A stretch of DNA of 64,000 nucleotides from an uncultured delta proteobacterium. GTDB lineage: Bacteria; Myxococcota; Myxococcia; Myxococcales; Myxococcaceae. The position numbers were made by a program, and so were the translations under genes. The notes beneath the pieces are model-generated. The model had not been told where the DNA came from, did not search any database, and saw nothing but the letters and a program-made list of their open reading frames with translations. Positions 61,894 through 64,000 of this stretch are shown piece after piece. The stretch is from positions 3,552,001-3,616,000 of the forward strand of contig CAWCKH010000004.1 in the NCBI GenBank assembly GCA_963796055.1, read 5' to 3'. The first letter of the stretch is position 1. Every line of letters starts with the position of its first letter.

Positions 61894-63174
61894 ATGAGCA
61901 CCGGACGGATCGAGGAGCTCGGGGCGGCCGCGGCCGTTGCTTTGCTGCAGCGGGGCGCGCTCACCGCCGAGGCGCTGGTGCGCGCCTGCCTGGACCGCAT
62001 CGCCCGGGACGAGCCGCAGATCCACGCCTGGGCCTGGCTCGACCCCGACCAGGCGCTCGCCGCGGCGCGCGCGGTCGATGCCGGGCCCCGCAGGCCTCCG
62101 CTCTACGGGCTCCCGGTCGGCATCAAGGACATCATCGATACCGCCGATGCACCGACCGAGTGCGGAACGCTCCTCTACCGCGGTCGCCGCCCGACGAAGG
62201 ACGCCGCCTGTGTGACCGCGCTGCGACAGGCGGGCGGCGTGGTGCTCGGGAAGACCGTCACCACCGAGCTGGCCTTCTTTGCGCCGGGGCCGACGCGCAA
62301 TCCGCGAAACCCCGCCCACACCCCGGGGGGGTCCTCCAGCGGATCCGCGGCGGCGGTGGCGGACTGCATGGTCCCTGCGGCGCTCGGGACCCAGACCGCC
62401 GGGTCGATCATCCGTCCCGCCGCCTACTGCGGGGTGGTGGGGTTCAAGCCGTCGCACGGCCTGCTCTCGCTCGAGGGCATCCACCCCTTCGCTCCGTCCC
62501 TCGACACCCTCGGCGTGTTCGTTCGCACCGTGGCCGACGTTCCGCCGCTGCTCACCGCGCTCGGGGCACCGGTCGAGGTTCGACAGCTCTCACGGCCCCC
62601 GCGGATCGGGTTGTGGCGGAGCGCCCAGTGGTCGTGCGCCACCCGGGCGATGCAGGAGCGGCTCGAGCACGTCGCCTCCGAGCTGACGCGGGCCGGAGCC
62701 GAGGTGCGCGAGGTGGGGCCGCTTCCGGACGAGCCGGTGCTGGCCGACGACCAGGCGCTGATCATGGCGGCCGAGGCGGCTCGGACCTTCGGGTCGCTGC
62801 GAAGGACCGCGGGTTCGTCCCTCAGCCCCCAGCTGACGGCCCTGCTCGACCGGGGTGTGGCCGCATCTCCCGAAGAGCTCCAGGCGGCGAAGGTCCGCGC
62901 CGGCCGGGCGTGGACCGCGGCCACTGCGCTCCTGGCCGAGCTCGATGTCTTGATGACGCCGAGCGCCCCGGGCGAGGCCCCCGAAGGACTCGCCAGCACC
63001 GGAGACCCGGTCTTCAACCGGGTGGTGACGATGCTCGGCTTCCCTTGCCTCTCCGTGCCTGCCGGCACCGGTCCGTCTGGCCTTCCGCTCGGAGTCCAGC
63101 TGGTCGGAGCGCCCCGCGCAGAGCCGGCGCTCCTCGCCGTCGCCGCCTGGGTCGAGGCGCGGCTATCCCCCTAG
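61894..63174 (+). CDS. Amidase signature family protein
   Basis: GLPVGIKD, GKTVTTE, GGSSSGS, GTQTAGSIIRPA. Confidence 0.92.
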   Translation: MSTGRIEELGAAAAVALLQRGALTAEALVRACLDRIARDEPQIHAWAWLDPDQALAAARAVDAGPRRPPLYGLPVGIKDIIDTADAPTECGTLLYRGRRPTKDAACVTALRQAGGVVLGKTVTTELAFFAPGPTRNPRNPAHTPGGSSSGSAAAVADCMVPAALGTQTAGSIIRPAAYCGVVGFKPSHGLLSLEGIHPFAPSLDTLGVFVRTVADVPPLLTALGAPVEVRQLSRPPRIGLWRSAQWSCATRAMQERLEHVASELTRAGAEVREVGPLPDEPVLADDQALIMAAEAARTFGSLRRTAGSSLSPQLTALLDRGVAASPEELQAAKVRAGRAWTAATALLAELDVLMTPSAPGEAPEGLASTGDPVFNRVVTMLGFPCLSVPAGTGPSGLPLGVQLVGAPRAEPALLAVAAWVEARLSP

Positions 63175-63698
63175 GGCCCGAGGTGCAGGCGGCAGAGGCG
63201 AACCGATCCGTCGTCCGGATCCGGGGCGATGCTGAACCCGAGGCGCTTCGCCAGGCGCAGCATCGGCTGGTTCACGGCGAGCACGAAACCGTCCATCGTG
63301 CGCAACCCCTGCCGCTTCGCGGCGTCGATGAGCGCGGTCATGAGCGTGGTCGCCAGTCCGACACCGGCGAAGCTGGAAGCGACGATGATCGCAAACTCGC
63401 AGCGCGTCCGATCTTCCTCGATGAAGTAGACGGCATGTCCCACGATGTCGATGCCGTCGTCCGCCGGGACCGTTGCCACGATCCCGATGCCGCCTTCGGG
63501 GAATGCTGCGATCGCCTTGCGCAATCGCTCGACGTCGAGCTCGCCGACCGAACCCATGAAGCGCATGTACCGCGCCTCCGCGCTCAGCCGGCCGAAGGCC
63601 TGCACCAGCTCTGCCTCGTCCGTCGCGTCGACGGCGCGGAGGTGGACGACCCGCCCATCGCTCAAGGAGACGTCGTAGTCCTTGAAGGTGGAGTCCAT
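63171..63698 (-). CDS. GNAT N-acetyltransferase (resembles acyl-CoA synthetase acetyltransferase GNAT domain)
   Basis: LSDGRVVHLR, LSAEARYMRF, CEFAIIV, GVGLA, NQPMLRLAKRLGF. Confidence 0.85.
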   Translation of the reverse strand: MDSTFKDYDVSLSDGRVVHLRAVDATDEAELVQAFGRLSAEARYMRFMGSVGELDVERLRKAIAAFPEGGIGIVATVPADDGIDIVGHAVYFIEEDRTRCEFAIIVASSFAGVGLATTLMTALIDAAKRQGLRTMDGFVLAVNQPMLRLAKRLGFSIAPDPDDGSVRLCRLHLGP

Positions 63699-63773
63699 AG
63701 GTCACCTGCCGGAGCAAACCTGGGGCGCCTGGCTTCTGCGCTTCCGCGCATCCCATGTTAGACGCCCCGCAGG

Positions 63774-64000
63774 ATGCCGTCCTCCGCACCGGCCCACCCG
63801 CTCGACCTCCTGGGCCTCCCGCTCGAGCAGCTGACCCGCCTCGTCGTCGACGAGCTCGGAGAGCGTCCGTTCCACGCCCGGCAGCTCTATCGGTGGATCC
63901 ACCAGCGAGGCGTCACCGACTTCGACCAGATGACCGACCTCTCCAGGGCGCTCCGGGCAAAGCTCGGTGAGCGGTGCGCGCTCGAGCCGCTCTCCAAGGA
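63774..64000 (+). CDS. rlmN: 23S rRNA m2A2503/tRNA methyltransferase RlmN (3'-truncated by window edge; absent from ORF track)
   Basis: Manual translation [20 protein letters not shown]...[36 protein letters not shown] matches the RlmN N-terminus. Confidence 0.85.
   Translation, partial: MPSSAPAHPLDLLGLPLEQLTRLVVDELGERPFHARQLYRWIHQRGVTDFDQMTDLSRALRAKLGERCALEPLSK

Noticed and set aside
33269..63773. Prophage, ICE or IS element
   Set aside because: No integrase, transposase, phage genes, tRNA target or terminal repeats seen.
63702..63970. ORFs 63702..63902 (-) and 63755..63970 (+)
   Set aside because: They overlap the rlmN 5' end, which reads in a different frame from 63774.

Overview
This is a high-GC bacterial chromosome segment. 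Gene content and order (icd-mdh-sdh-sucCD-ndk, sigma54 promoters, alpha-2-macroglobulin) suggest Myxococcota, an Anaeromyxobacter/Myxococcus relative; the taxonomy is inferred. 1-17.2 kb holds an anaerobic-type energy cluster: an OFOR beta subunit, rubrerythrin, a complex I operon lacking nuoEFG (NuoB-C fusion, NuoI with six 63-bp repeats, frameshifted nuoM), hemerythrin, and PFOR with a DHOD-like partner. 18-33 kb holds pyk and the TCA cluster, with an internally deleted sdhC and an inserted double GT-C gene. 33.3-63.7 kb is a ~30-kb accessory block between ndk and rlmN. It contains a methyltransferase resembling fungal sphingolipid C9-methyltransferase, lutABC with an antisense defensin-like peptide gene, A2M-pbpC, three paralogous small peptides each with a sigma54 promoter, a Liv-type ABC transporter, and a PHA cluster (phaC, CoA-transferase, phasin, phaR, phaZ) with PhaR-type operators. 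The best novelty candidates are the sigma54 small-peptide family, the CS-alpha-beta defensin-like ORF, a structured intergenic RNA candidate upstream of pyk, and the dual-start phasin. All family assignments come from motif recognition by eye, not database searches.
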